From Candidatus Shapirobacteria bacterium (GTDB taxonomy: Bacteria; Patescibacteriota; Microgenomatia; UBA12405): 64,000 nt of DNA. The DNA is taken from NCBI GenBank assembly GCA_041665485.1, contig JBAYIT010000005.1:1974-65973 (forward strand), given 5' to 3'. A model generated the notes under the pieces. It was given only the letters and a program-made list of their open reading frames with translations. It did no database searches and was not told the DNA's origin. The translations under genes and the position numbers were made by a program. Shown in pieces: positions 28,573 through 38,395 of the stretch. The first letter of the stretch is position 1, and every line of letters begins with the position of its first letter.

Positions 28573-29358
28573 CTAATTTGTAATGTGCTTGACCAGTAAA
28601 CTATTATAAATTTCCACACAGTGCGCAACGTGATCGCGAAAACCCCTATCTTCTGGAAATTCGGTAACATCAGGAACTCTTTCTGTTGGCGATTCAAGAC
28701 AAGTGCTTTGAAGGACGCGAGTGTATAGATGACTATGATCGCCCTCTAGATTATCTAAATTGACGTCATTAGCACTTGGCCAAACGAGATACGAAGGATC
28801 AAAGTCTAAATTAAAACAACTAAAGACTGATGGGAAAACAGAATGAGGATATTGACGAAATTTAGTGGCGTCAACCAAAAAGTATGGCTTTTGGTTGGCT
28901 CGGCACCACTCGATTTGTTTAGCTAAGAGTTCCCAACCGGATTCAATAAATGGAAATAAAGGGCTAGCACCGACTTCTGTTTTCTTTTTCATGCGAGAAT
29001 CGATGCTAAGTCGAGGATCCCGAATAAGGAAAGCTATGGGGTATTGTGTTAAAGAAGCTAGTAGAGGAAAATTCTCACCAACTTGATAGGGCATTTCTTT
29101 TATAACCAGGCCACCGCGTGTTTTTGGCTTATCGCACAGATGACTTATATCAATTGGGTTAAGAATCTTTCTTAAAGCAACTTCGGTCGTATCCCCGCGA
29201 TAATAAGTAGTTTCAAATGGTTCGTGACAATAATATTGTACTTCTGGTGACTGCCAAAATACCCGAGCAAAAACGGTAGAACAACAACGAGGCGGAGATA
29301 CTGCTAAATAGATGTTTGGATAATTTTGCCTTATTTGTTCGGCAGATATTGATCCCAT
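28573..29358 (-). CDS. sulfotransferase-like P-loop protein (tentative)
   Basis: VSPPRCCSTVF resembles the 5'-PSB loop; AFLIRDPRLSIDSR resembles the 3'-PB RDPRD-type motif. Assignment is from motif memory only. Confidence 0.4.
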   Translation of the reverse strand: MGSISAEQIRQNYPNIYLAVSPPRCCSTVFARVFWQSPEVQYYCHEPFETTYYRGDTTEVALRKILNPIDISHLCDKPKTRGGLVIKEMPYQVGENFPLLASLTQYPIAFLIRDPRLSIDSRMKKKTEVGASPLFPFIESGWELLAKQIEWCRANQKPYFLVDATKFRQYPHSVFPSVFSCFNLDFDPSYLVWPSANDVNLDNLEGDHSHLYTRVLQSTCLESPTERVPDVTEFPEDRGFRDHVAHCVEIYNSLLVKHITN

Positions 29359-29471
29359 TGGCTTTGAATGTTAACATCAGGAGGACGAGGTGTCAACAAC
29401 CCACTACATATTGCCTACATATTTAACTTAGATTAAACAGCTTGGCTTGAAAGACGCAGGATTTTTATTAC

Positions 29472-29735
29472 TTATGGTTTTCGTAATCGCTTTGGGCCGA
29501 AGAGGGCGTTGAGGGTGGCCAGGGCGGATTTAATGACCATGATAAGTTTGGAGGCAGAGGTAACTGGGCCGGCAACTGAATTGGTGATTTGTTTGGTGTC
29601 GTCGAGGATGGAGTTGGTTTTTACTAAAATGCTTTTAACATCGGCATAAATTGAGAATATGAAAAAGGCAAGGGCAGCAAATAAAGTGCCCAGGGCTAAA
29701 AGAACACCAGCGGAGAGAATTTGATTTATTTCCAT
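29472..29735 (-). CDS. small membrane protein (hypothetical)
   Basis: 87 aa with one TM segment. Confidence 0.4.
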   Translation of the reverse strand: MEINQILSAGVLLALGTLFAALAFFIFSIYADVKSILVKTNSILDDTKQITNSVAGPVTSASKLIMVIKSALATLNALFGPKRLRKP

Positions 29736-29749
29736 AGTTTCAGTATAGA

Positions 29750-30355
29750 CTAAAAATGATAATTTTTGCTAGTGATAGTAGTTTTGCCGGAAATTGAGCG
29801 GGACTCAATGGTAACATCAAGGCCGGTTTGCGGTATTTTCAGTTCAGTGGAAAATTTACCATCGGGGTCAACTAAAATCGGTTCACCGTTAACAGAAACA
29901 GTGGCTTCAGAATCGGTTTGACCGGTAATGTTGGCAGTATTATCAATAATCAAATTATTTTCCGGCCAAATAACTGATAATTTGGGTGGACGGCTGTAAC
30001 TTAAGTATTCAAAATAGAGATAACTGGCAAAAGCCAAAAATAGGACTAATAAAGATAACTTAAAAATAAAATTGGGAGTTATTCCCAAACTTTGACGACG
30101 GAGAGGGCTAGATGACGACTCACGATTGAAGTCGCGACGGAAAATTCTTAATATTTCTTCACCATTAAGATTGAGAAAGTTGGCGTAATCTTTAATTATG
30201 AGTGAACAATATGGTTCTTGGGGAAAAAGTGACTTATTTTCTTCTTCGATGGCCTGCAAATATTTCTGAGGGATTTTGAGTTTTTTGGAAACCTCAACAA
30301 AATCTAGTTCTTTATCCAGACGGGCGTGAGAGAGAATAGTTGAAGCGCGAAGCAT
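29750..30355 (-). CDS. RodZ-like cytoskeleton protein (XRE-type HTH, TM, C-terminal domain)
   Basis: N-terminal HTH LRASTILSHARLDKELDFVEVSKKLKIPQKYLQAIEEEN, TM FKLSLLVLFLAFASYLYF, C-terminal beta-rich domain. Confidence 0.6.
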   Translation of the reverse strand: MLRASTILSHARLDKELDFVEVSKKLKIPQKYLQAIEEENKSLFPQEPYCSLIIKDYANFLNLNGEEILRIFRRDFNRESSSSPLRRQSLGITPNFIFKLSLLVLFLAFASYLYFEYLSYSRPPKLSVIWPENNLIIDNTANITGQTDSEATVSVNGEPILVDPDGKFSTELKIPQTGLDVTIESRSISGKTTITSKNYHF

Positions 30356-30364
30356 AGGTATTTT

Positions 30365-32485
30365 TTATTCGAGGGTGTCGGATGGCGGAGCATGAGGAAT
30401 AAGAATATCTCTTGGCTTTGCCCCCTGGCCCGGACCAACAACACCAGCCTTTTCGAGTTGATCAAGAAGTCTGGCAGCTCTAGCATAGCCAAGCTTAAGG
30501 TGACGCTGAAAAAGAGAGGCAGAAGCCTTGCCGGAACGACTAATAAGATCAATGGCTTGGGAATAAACAGCGTCGCGATCTTCACCGTCAACAGTCATAA
30601 TATTCGGACTTAGAGAGGTGGGACTTTGAACTGGTTGAGCAATAATCTCGTTATTGTATTCAACCGAGCTTTGTTTTTTCATAAAATCAATAAGGCGACC
30701 AATTTCCTTGTCGGAAATAAAACAGCCCTGGACTCTAACCGGCTTGGCCAGATCAGGAGGAATATAGAGCATGTCTCCGCGACCAAGTAACTTTTCGGCG
30801 CCGGGAGTGTCTAAAACCACCCTGGAGTCAGTCATCGAAGCAACAGCAAAGGCAATGCGGGTAGGGATATTGGCTTTAATTAGGCCGGTAATAATGTTAA
30901 CTGAAGGACGCTGAGTGGCTAAAACAAGATGAATACCAACGGCCCGAGCCATTTGAGCGATACGGCAAACATTGCCTTCAACTTCAGCCGGAGAGAAAAG
31001 CATGATTTCGGCCAATTCATCGATAACGATAACGATATAGGGAATGGACTGAAAGCCAGCCATATTATTGTAACCCTCAATATTTTTGGCGCCAACTTGG
31101 GTAAATTTTTTATAGCGCTCTTCCATTTCGTGGACAGCCCATTTGAGAGCAGAAACCACTTTTTCCGGTTCGACGATAACCGGAGTGAGAAGATGGGGAA
31201 TGCCGTTATAAGGGGTCAGTTCAACCCGCTTGGGGTCGACCATAATAAAGCGAACCTCTTGGGGAGAAGCGCGATAGAGGAGAGTGGAAATCCAAGAATT
31301 AACACAAACTGATTTTCCAGAGCCAGTTTGGCCGGCAATAAGGACATGGGGCATTTTGGAAATGTCGGCAACTTTAGCATTACCGGCCACGTCAAGGCCA
31401 AGAGGAATGGTAAGTTTTGATTTTGCCTGTTTCATAACTTCAGACTCGATAATCCGGCGGATCGGGACCACCTCAAGAGAACGATTGGGAACTTCAATAC
31501 CCACCAAGGGCCGACCAGGAATGGGGGCTTCAACCCGAATTTGACCGCCAGGAGCAGCCAGGGCCATGGCCAAGTCGTTACTTAAACTTAAAATTTTGGC
31601 CAGTTTAGTTCCCAGGGCAACTTCAAGGGCGTACTGGGTAACGGAGGGACTATTGTTGACTTCAGCTACCCGGGCAGTAATACCAAAAGAATCAAGAGTT
31701 TGCTCGATAATTTGAGCATTTTTGCGAACATCACCCCGGTCAGCCTTAGCGCCGGGAGTGTCATCAAAGATGGCGGGGGTGGGATATTCCCAAATACGGC
31801 TAACGGAGTTGGAAACTGTGTCCATCTGATTTGAATTGGTTTTTAAAACGGGAGGAATATTGACAACAATGGGATCTTCATTACGTTTTGGTTTAGAAAT
31901 ATCGGGAAGCTCGACCTGGTCGGCATTTGATTGAACATAGGTGGGCTTAGAATCAGATTTTTCCGATTTTCTTTTGGAAGATAAGCCAATAGTATATTTT
32001 TTAATAACAAGAAAGACATGAACGGTGGTTTTAATAATTTGAGCAATAGAAGTATCAAAAAGAACGACAAAACCAACTATTGTGGTGAAGAAAAAGATAA
32101 TAAAAGAGGTAAGCTCGCCAAAAAGAGTAACCATTTGATCCCAGAGAAATTGGCCGGCAATCCCCTGCTTTAAGAGGCTAGTCAGGGAAACAAACATGAT
32201 TAAAAAACCCAAAAAAATGTTGGGTTCTTTAATGGGAGACTTAATTTTGGCAAACATAAAGGCGATTAAAACTAAAAGGAAGGGAACAAAAATAGAAGTA
32301 AAACCGAAATATTGATTTAAAAGAAGATTGTATTCGGTGGGAATGGGGCCGGTTTGAAGAAAAGAAAATACGGAAATCGTGGCCAAAATTAAAAAGAAGA
32401 TGAAGAAGATAGTTTGGATGGTTTCCGGTTTAAGGGAAAAGGAGGGTAATCCCACAGCCCGCTTTTTTCGCCCACGTTTAGCCAT
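30365..32485 (-). CDS. ftsK: DNA translocase FtsK/SpoIIIE
   Basis: N-terminal TM helices; HVLIAGQTGSGKSVCVN Walker A; C-terminal gamma winged-helix domain. Confidence 0.92.
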   Translation of the reverse strand: MAKRGRKKRAVGLPSFSLKPETIQTIFFIFFLILATISVFSFLQTGPIPTEYNLLLNQYFGFTSIFVPFLLVLIAFMFAKIKSPIKEPNIFLGFLIMFVSLTSLLKQGIAGQFLWDQMVTLFGELTSFIIFFFTTIVGFVVLFDTSIAQIIKTTVHVFLVIKKYTIGLSSKRKSEKSDSKPTYVQSNADQVELPDISKPKRNEDPIVVNIPPVLKTNSNQMDTVSNSVSRIWEYPTPAIFDDTPGAKADRGDVRKNAQIIEQTLDSFGITARVAEVNNSPSVTQYALEVALGTKLAKILSLSNDLAMALAAPGGQIRVEAPIPGRPLVGIEVPNRSLEVVPIRRIIESEVMKQAKSKLTIPLGLDVAGNAKVADISKMPHVLIAGQTGSGKSVCVNSWISTLLYRASPQEVRFIMVDPKRVELTPYNGIPHLLTPVIVEPEKVVSALKWAVHEMEERYKKFTQVGAKNIEGYNNMAGFQSIPYIVIVIDELAEIMLFSPAEVEGNVCRIAQMARAVGIHLVLATQRPSVNIITGLIKANIPTRIAFAVASMTDSRVVLDTPGAEKLLGRGDMLYIPPDLAKPVRVQGCFISDKEIGRLIDFMKKQSSVEYNNEIIAQPVQSPTSLSPNIMTVDGEDRDAVYSQAIDLISRSGKASASLFQRHLKLGYARAARLLDQLEKAGVVGPGQGAKPRDILIPHAPPSDTLE

Positions 32486-32552
32486 ATGGAATCAGTATAT
32501 AGCATTGAGAACCAAGAATTAAGAGCTAAGAACTAAGAAGCAAGAATAAAAG

Positions 32553-33998
32553 TTAATAAGACAAGCCAAAAAGCCAGCGATGGGTGGAGGGGGCGCCACA
32601 GCGGACACATTTACCTGATTCTTCGACTGAATCAAGGGGTAGGCAACGAGTGGTGGCTTTGGTATCTTTTTTAATTTCGGCTTCGCAGTCAGCGTTTTCA
32701 CACCAATTGGCGCGGATAAAGCCACGGGTGGTATCCATAATTTTCTTAAAATCATCGTAATTATCGACAGTGAAAGTGTGATCTTGGGTAAACTTTTTGT
32801 GGGTTTCAAATAAGTTAATCTGGATTTGATTTAATAAATCAGAAACCGTTTGGTGAAGATTATCCAAAGAAACGGTAATTTTTTCACCAGTGTCGCGACG
32901 GCAAACAACCACTGAATTACTAGCTACATCGCGATCGCCGATTTCCAGGCGAAGTGGCACGCCTTTCATTTCCCATTGATTAAATTTAAAACCGGCGGTT
33001 TCGCCATCACGGATATCAATTTCCACCCGGAAATCTTTGATCTTTTCAAGAGTTTCTTTGGCAAAATCTTGGGCTTTAGTGTGCCCCGGAATAGGAATGA
33101 TGATGATTTGGATGGGGGCAATATTGGGAGGTAGTTTTAAACCTTTGGCATCGCCGTGGGCCATAATCAGGCCACCGATTGATCTGGTAGAAAATCCCCA
33201 GGAGTTTTGATAAGGCATAATTTTTTCACCATTTTGGCCCTGAACTGTCCAGTCAAAAGACTTGGAAAAATTTTGGGCTAGATCATGGGAGGTGCAAGAT
33301 TGAAGAGATTTACCATTGGGCATTAGGGTTTCAAAGGTGAAAGTGTCGCCGGCGCCGGGGAATTTTTCTGATTGAGATTTTTTACCCTTAATACCATAAA
33401 TACCGAGTAATTCATTATAAGTTGTTTGATACATATCAAGAGCCCAGTGAACCATGTCTAAATTCTCGGTGGCAGTAGCATGGGCGCAATGGCCTTCTTG
33501 CCATAAGAATTCGGAAGTGCGTAAAAATAAATAAGTTCTTTTTTCCCAGCGAACAACATTACACCATTGATTAATTAAAACCGGCAGGTCGCGCCAAGAG
33601 GATGTCCACTTTTGATACATGTCGTACATGATGGTTTCGGAGGTGGGACGAACAGCCAGACTTTCGGCCAATTTTTCGCCACCGCCGTGGGTGACAACAG
33701 CCAATTGAGGAGCAAAACCTTCAACGTGCTCTTTTTCTTTTTGCAAATAATGCATGGGGATAAAGAGAGGGAAATAGGCGTTTTTAACTCCCCTCTCTTT
33801 AATTTTTTTGTCCATAAAGGCTTGAATGCCTTCCCAAAGGGAATAGCCGTAGGGGCGAATAACCATACAGCCTTTAACCGGGGCATAATCGGCCAATTCG
33901 GCCTTAAGAACAATGTCGTTAAACCATCCGGCAAGATCAGTATTAAAGTCTTTTAGTTTGTCAGCCATATCTTTATTGTAGACGATTAACTTACCCAA
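32553..33998 (-). CDS. proS: proline--tRNA ligase, archaeal/eukaryotic type
   Basis: 481 aa class II core with a C-terminal zinc-binding region (CENADCEAE ... CVRCG) ending in Tyr. Confidence 0.88.
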   Translation of the reverse strand: MGKLIVYNKDMADKLKDFNTDLAGWFNDIVLKAELADYAPVKGCMVIRPYGYSLWEGIQAFMDKKIKERGVKNAYFPLFIPMHYLQKEKEHVEGFAPQLAVVTHGGGEKLAESLAVRPTSETIMYDMYQKWTSSWRDLPVLINQWCNVVRWEKRTYLFLRTSEFLWQEGHCAHATATENLDMVHWALDMYQTTYNELLGIYGIKGKKSQSEKFPGAGDTFTFETLMPNGKSLQSCTSHDLAQNFSKSFDWTVQGQNGEKIMPYQNSWGFSTRSIGGLIMAHGDAKGLKLPPNIAPIQIIIIPIPGHTKAQDFAKETLEKIKDFRVEIDIRDGETAGFKFNQWEMKGVPLRLEIGDRDVASNSVVVCRRDTGEKITVSLDNLHQTVSDLLNQIQINLFETHKKFTQDHTFTVDNYDDFKKIMDTTRGFIRANWCENADCEAEIKKDTKATTRCLPLDSVEESGKCVRCGAPSTHRWLFGLSY

Positions 33999-34161
33999 GG
34001 ACGATTTGATTTCGTGGTACCACCTTAGTTACTTCTCTTGGCTTTACACAGGTTGCATCTGGACCAGCTTGTCGCTGTCATCTCCACGGCGGGAAACCGC
34101 TTCATTGATTTGAAGTAATAATATCAGAGTTTTAAAATAAAAACACCTGATATAATTTGAT

Positions 34162-34506
34162 ATGGCAGAAAGTTTTAAGTGGGAAAAATTTAATATTACA
34201 ATGGCAACTAAAGACGAACTAAGTGGTCTAAAATGGTGGACACGTAGGGGACGTGTGCCAAAAGATGGTGGTTCAGACAACTTAACTGGTGGAACTGCAG
34301 AAGTGGCAACAATTATTCGACAACGTGGTCAGGTGGCAAGGATATCTGGAACAGGAGAAGGGGCAAATACCTATCTTGCAGCGCAGGTGGTTTTGGCCCG
34401 ACTTAAGCACCATGAATGGACTGGGGTAAGTTACAGGATGGGTTCTGTCGATGAGGAAGGAGGTATCAAACGGAGAGTTGCTTACTTAAGGCTAAATTTG
34501 GATTGA
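34162..34506 (+). CDS. hypothetical protein in the compositionally distinct islet; preceded by an extended -10 (TGATATAAT) 6 nt before the ATG
   Basis: 114 aa ORF; tgatataat at 34147-34155 then ATG at 34162. Confidence 0.35.
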   Translation: MAESFKWEKFNITMATKDELSGLKWWTRRGRVPKDGGSDNLTGGTAEVATIIRQRGQVARISGTGEGANTYLAAQVVLARLKHHEWTGVSYRMGSVDEEGGIKRRVAYLRLNLD

Positions 34507-34508
34507 AT

Positions 34509-35826
34509 TTACTCAACTGCTCCATTGGCATAAACCACAGCTTTTGGGCCAACTAGGTTACCTCTGATTAGACACATAATGGTTTCTGAAACAGTTTCCC
34601 AACTCGGTATTATTCGACCATCTGGTTCAGTAGTAAACAGTGACGTTAAAAAAACGAGAACACGCTTAACATCTGGGTGTTGATCTAACGTCGCAAAGTG
34701 CGTATTTTCCCTATCAGTTAATGCTTGGGTCAAATCACCAATCGCACTTTCTAGATTCCTAATCGCCGCTAATCTTAATCTGCGCACATGTTTCCGTCCA
34801 GGTTGAAAGTCTTGTTGTCTGTCCGGTAGTTTGAGAACAGATTCAAAATCATTTCTTGCTGGTACAACTAAACGACTGCCTATACAATCTGAAATATGGT
34901 CGTGATTTACGAGGAACATATTTGCTAAAACCAGAAGGTCTGTAAGATCAAAGTCCCCAAATTTGATATTATCAAACCTAACGGAAGGATGGTCTATTTT
35001 TTTTAATACCTTCTGTTACGTTCCAAGTAGAAGCTCGTTGGCCGGGGACTTTTGTAAAGCAAAAAAAATGAGGATTTGCGCTTAGCGTTGCACTAATGAT
35101 TCTGTCGTTCATTTGATAAGGTTTACCGTCCAGCGCTTTAATTGAGAATCCTCTTGATAACTCAAGTATCTGACGTGCTGTTGAGTTAGGATGTGCTTCT
35201 AAGATCGCCAGAATAGCCCCAGGACACCCTAATATTCTTAACCCTCTTTCTTCATCAAGATAGGTTACTGGTGGTTTTCGTTTGCCTTTTGTACCGGTTT
35301 GTTCGCTGATAACAGGTTTAACTCCTTCAGTTTTTTCAATGGCTAATTCCGAGGGTGAAGAGTCTCTGATGGCAATAACGTCTTCTCTGTGCTGTCTGGT
35401 GGAGGTAAGAAGATCTTCAGATACAGCTCCAGCTTTGAACCCTAGCTCTAGGGTGGGTATTAAACCTTCAATACCTGCGAGATAATCTGGAATAGCTGGT
35501 TGGGCTACTTCTCGCCAAACTCTTTGTGATGAATCCATGTCGCATAATTCCGACTGTAGTGCTTCGATATAACCTGCGACACATTTCACTTGTTCGGTTT
35601 CTGCAACCCTTGAGATTACTTTATCAGCTAGCGCTGACACATCCAATAGACCGTCTGGAGTCAATGTCACCTGACCTGAGGCGAGAGGTTCAGTTTCTTG
35701 AACACTTTGTCTAAGTAATACTTGCTCTGATTTAAGTCTTGCTTCGATAGCTGAAATCGCTTGCTTACCAAAAAGGGCTTTTGATAGTGCCGACCTAGCC
35801 TCTGAAAGATTCTGTTCTGCTGACAT
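34509..35826 (-). pseudogene. about 435-aa gene of unknown function split by a frameshift in a T8 (A8 on the coding strand) homopolymer at 35003-35010
   Basis: ORFs 34978..35826 and 34509..34919 join into one continuous frame if the A8 run is read as A7 (...GIKKIDHPSVRFDNIKFGDFDLTDLLVLANMFLVNHDH...). Codon usage is unlike the flanking core genes. Confidence 0.5.
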
Positions 35827-35881
35827 ATACTCGTATTATATAGGACACTTTAGACATATTCAATACTCAAATCTAGGTTAA

Positions 35882-37624
35882 TTAAACCTCAATCAACAAA
35901 GGCAAGACCATGGGCTCACGGCCGGTTTTGGACATAATGATTTGTTCAATGTGGGCCTGAAGTTGCTCGCGAAGGTATTCGAGATTGGCCGGTTTACTGG
36001 TTGACTCGCTAAATTTCTTAATAATTTCAAGTTTTAGAAATTCCAAAAGATCGGCGTTTTCTTTAACAAAAACAAAGCCACGACTTAAGATGACGGGGTC
36101 TTTTTGCAAAGTACCGTCAACAGTGTTGACTAAAAGAATGACAGTAAACATACCGTCTTCGGCCAGAAGTTTGCGGTCGCGCAAAACGGTGGTGCCTACA
36201 TCCCCAACTCCAAGTCCATCGATGAGGACCTTGCGGAGAGAAACATGATTGTCAATATTAAATTTGCCTTGAGAATTGAAAGTGACAATTGAATCGTAAT
36301 CAGGATTAACAAACTGGTCCTCGGTATAGCCAAGTAACTTGGCCATATTTTGATAACTCTTGATATGGCGGAAGTTTCCGCCAATGGGCAAGAGATATTT
36401 GGGGCGGAGAAGGTTTATCAAGAGAGCATGCTCTTTTTGATAACCGTGGCCGGAAACATGAAGTTCTTCTTTTTCACCATAAACAACCAGAGCGCCCATT
36501 TTGGAAAGGTTATCAATCATGCTGTAGATACTGCTAGTAGTGCCGGGGATATAGTCGGGGGAAGAAAAGATAACTTTGTCACCCGGTTTGATTTTAATTC
36601 GGTGCTTGCCCATGACCATTTTAGAAAGAGCGGAGTCTGGCTGGCCGGCAAATCCGGCGGCCAAAATAAGCAATTTATTGTCGGGGAAATTTTTAATCCT
36701 CTCAATTTCGACAATGTCGGTGTCAGAAAGACTAAGATAGCCCAGTTCTTTACCAACCTTAATGGCACGTTCCACCGAGAAGCCAACAATGACAACCTTA
36801 CGGCCAACAGATTTAGCATATTCGATAGCCTGACTCCAACGAACAATATTACTACTAATGGAGGTGACGAACACCCGGCCTTTGGCAGAAATTATTTCCT
36901 GGCGAAAATGGTCGGCAATTGAAGACTCGGAGGGAGAAAAGCCCTCATGGTCGGAACCCAAGGAATCGGATAAAAGGCAAAGAACACCTTTGTCGCCAAC
37001 TTGAGAAATTTTGTGATACTCAGTTGGTTTGCCATCGAGAGGAAAGAGGTCAAATTTGAAATCAGAACCGTGATAAACAACACCGACTGGAGTAGAAACA
37101 GCCAGATGAAAAGTGTCGGGAATAGAATGATTAACCCGAATAGGAGTTAGAGAAAAAGGGCCAGAAACCAGAGAGGATTTTTCGTCGTAAACATTAATTT
37201 TGGCCCGAATATCGGTTTCAGAAAGCCTGGCTTCAATAAAGGCGGCAGCCAGACGAGGGGCAAAAATCGGCACGTTTTTGCCAATAATGGGGAGAATAAA
37301 GCGGACAGCGCCAATATGGTCTTCGTGGCCGTGGGTAATATAAATACCCAAAATCCGGTCTTTTTTATCTTCAAGATAATGGGTATCGGGAATTTGAAGG
37401 TCGACACCAAAGGCGTCTTCTTCAGGAAAGCCAACACCGCAGTCGACAATAATAATCTGACTGCGTTTGGGGTCGCCTTGAGGCAAATATTCATAAACGA
37501 ACATGTTTTGGGTGACGTCGCCGAAACCACCAAGTGAGATAATTTTAAGTTGATCGCCAGTGGAATTAGTAAATTGTGTCCGCTCAAACTGCGGACGTGA
37601 ATAGTTTTGATTACGTTGAATCAT
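35882..37624 (-). CDS. rnj: ribonuclease J (metallo-beta-lactamase / beta-CASP)
   Basis: HxHxDH motif ITHGHEDHIGAV; 580 aa. Confidence 0.9.
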   Translation of the reverse strand: MIQRNQNYSRPQFERTQFTNSTGDQLKIISLGGFGDVTQNMFVYEYLPQGDPKRSQIIIVDCGVGFPEEDAFGVDLQIPDTHYLEDKKDRILGIYITHGHEDHIGAVRFILPIIGKNVPIFAPRLAAAFIEARLSETDIRAKINVYDEKSSLVSGPFSLTPIRVNHSIPDTFHLAVSTPVGVVYHGSDFKFDLFPLDGKPTEYHKISQVGDKGVLCLLSDSLGSDHEGFSPSESSIADHFRQEIISAKGRVFVTSISSNIVRWSQAIEYAKSVGRKVVIVGFSVERAIKVGKELGYLSLSDTDIVEIERIKNFPDNKLLILAAGFAGQPDSALSKMVMGKHRIKIKPGDKVIFSSPDYIPGTTSSIYSMIDNLSKMGALVVYGEKEELHVSGHGYQKEHALLINLLRPKYLLPIGGNFRHIKSYQNMAKLLGYTEDQFVNPDYDSIVTFNSQGKFNIDNHVSLRKVLIDGLGVGDVGTTVLRDRKLLAEDGMFTVILLVNTVDGTLQKDPVILSRGFVFVKENADLLEFLKLEIIKKFSESTSKPANLEYLREQLQAHIEQIIMSKTGREPMVLPLLIEV

Positions 37625-37754
37625 AGTTAATTAATGCTTGAATCTTTTCCAATAATAATAAAGTCTATTGCGAATGTAGGATAAAACCTGTTGCGAAGGA
37701 CTCGAATCGATTTCAAAGCTTCCGAGAATTCTAACAGGGTTGTTACAAAATAGC

Positions 37755-37812
37755 AATGGCATATGTTATAATGAATTCAATCACGCCCCTCGAGCAATCG
37801 GGGGGATTATTT
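37755..37812 (+). repeat. hairpin/T-run element copy 1: TGTTATAAT - aatcacgcc - hairpin - attattttt
   Basis: atgttataatgaattcaatcacgcccctcgagcaatcggggggattattttt; the plus strand looks like an extended -10 followed by a terminator-like hairpin. Confidence 0.5.
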
Positions 37813-38343
37813 TTGGCATTGTAAAAAAGTAAATCTGGTTTTAAATAATCCTCGTTTGATATTCCAAATTTCTCTACCCAAGTGCCCGTGTTCATAAACA
37901 ACCAATACTTGCTTTTTCTTTTCTATTAAATATCGATAGATTGGCTCAAAGTCGCCATCACCAGTAAAAAAGACAAAAGTTTGATAATTTTCTTCGATAG
38001 ATCGATAAACACTCATACATATTTCAATATCGAAATCACATTTCCGAATTTTAATTAATTTACCCCTAATATTGGCAATGGTGATGTATTTAACCGGCTT
38101 AGTGGTTAGGTTATAGCCAATTTTTTTTATTTGAGTTAAAAAATTTTTTGACTGAGGATTACTATCAGAACCATAATAAAAGTTAATTGATTCGATTTGA
38201 GAATAGGTTTTTAGATATTTATAAAGTTTATTTGGGTCGACTGGTTTTACCAACTCATCCCGCCAGCCATAAACATTGGCGTAGTCAATAAAAACCGCCG
38301 TTTTGCCTTTTAAAAGTAGTTTCTGTGGGCTGGTGTCAGACAT
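37807..38343 (-). CDS. NYN-domain (LabA-like, PIN-like) ribonuclease
   Basis: AVFIDYANV ... FVFFTGDGDFEPI NYN signature. Confidence 0.7.
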   Translation of the reverse strand: MSDTSPQKLLLKGKTAVFIDYANVYGWRDELVKPVDPNKLYKYLKTYSQIESINFYYGSDSNPQSKNFLTQIKKIGYNLTTKPVKYITIANIRGKLIKIRKCDFDIEICMSVYRSIEENYQTFVFFTGDGDFEPIYRYLIEKKKQVLVVYEHGHLGREIWNIKRGLFKTRFTFLQCQK

Positions 38344-38344
38344 G

Positions 38345-38392
38345 TGTTATGCTATTTTAATCACGCCCTCCGATATTATGTCGGAGGGACAT
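38345..38392 (+). repeat. hairpin/T-run element copy 2: tgttatgct - aatcacgcc - ccctccgat/gtcggaggg hairpin - acatttttt
   Basis: Direct repeat of copy 1 sharing the aatcacgcc flank and the hairpin plus T-run; together the copies bracket the NYN gene. Confidence 0.5.
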
Positions 38393-38395
38393 TTT

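Noticed and set aside
32519-32809. 96-aa minus-strand ORF overlapping the proS 3' end
   Set aside because: Different frame within and next to proS; composition-driven.
34080-34110. GNRA hairpin gcgg-gaaa-ccgc, considered as SRP (4.5S) RNA domain IV
   Set aside because: Lacks the conserved AGCAG/GGAA symmetric-loop context.
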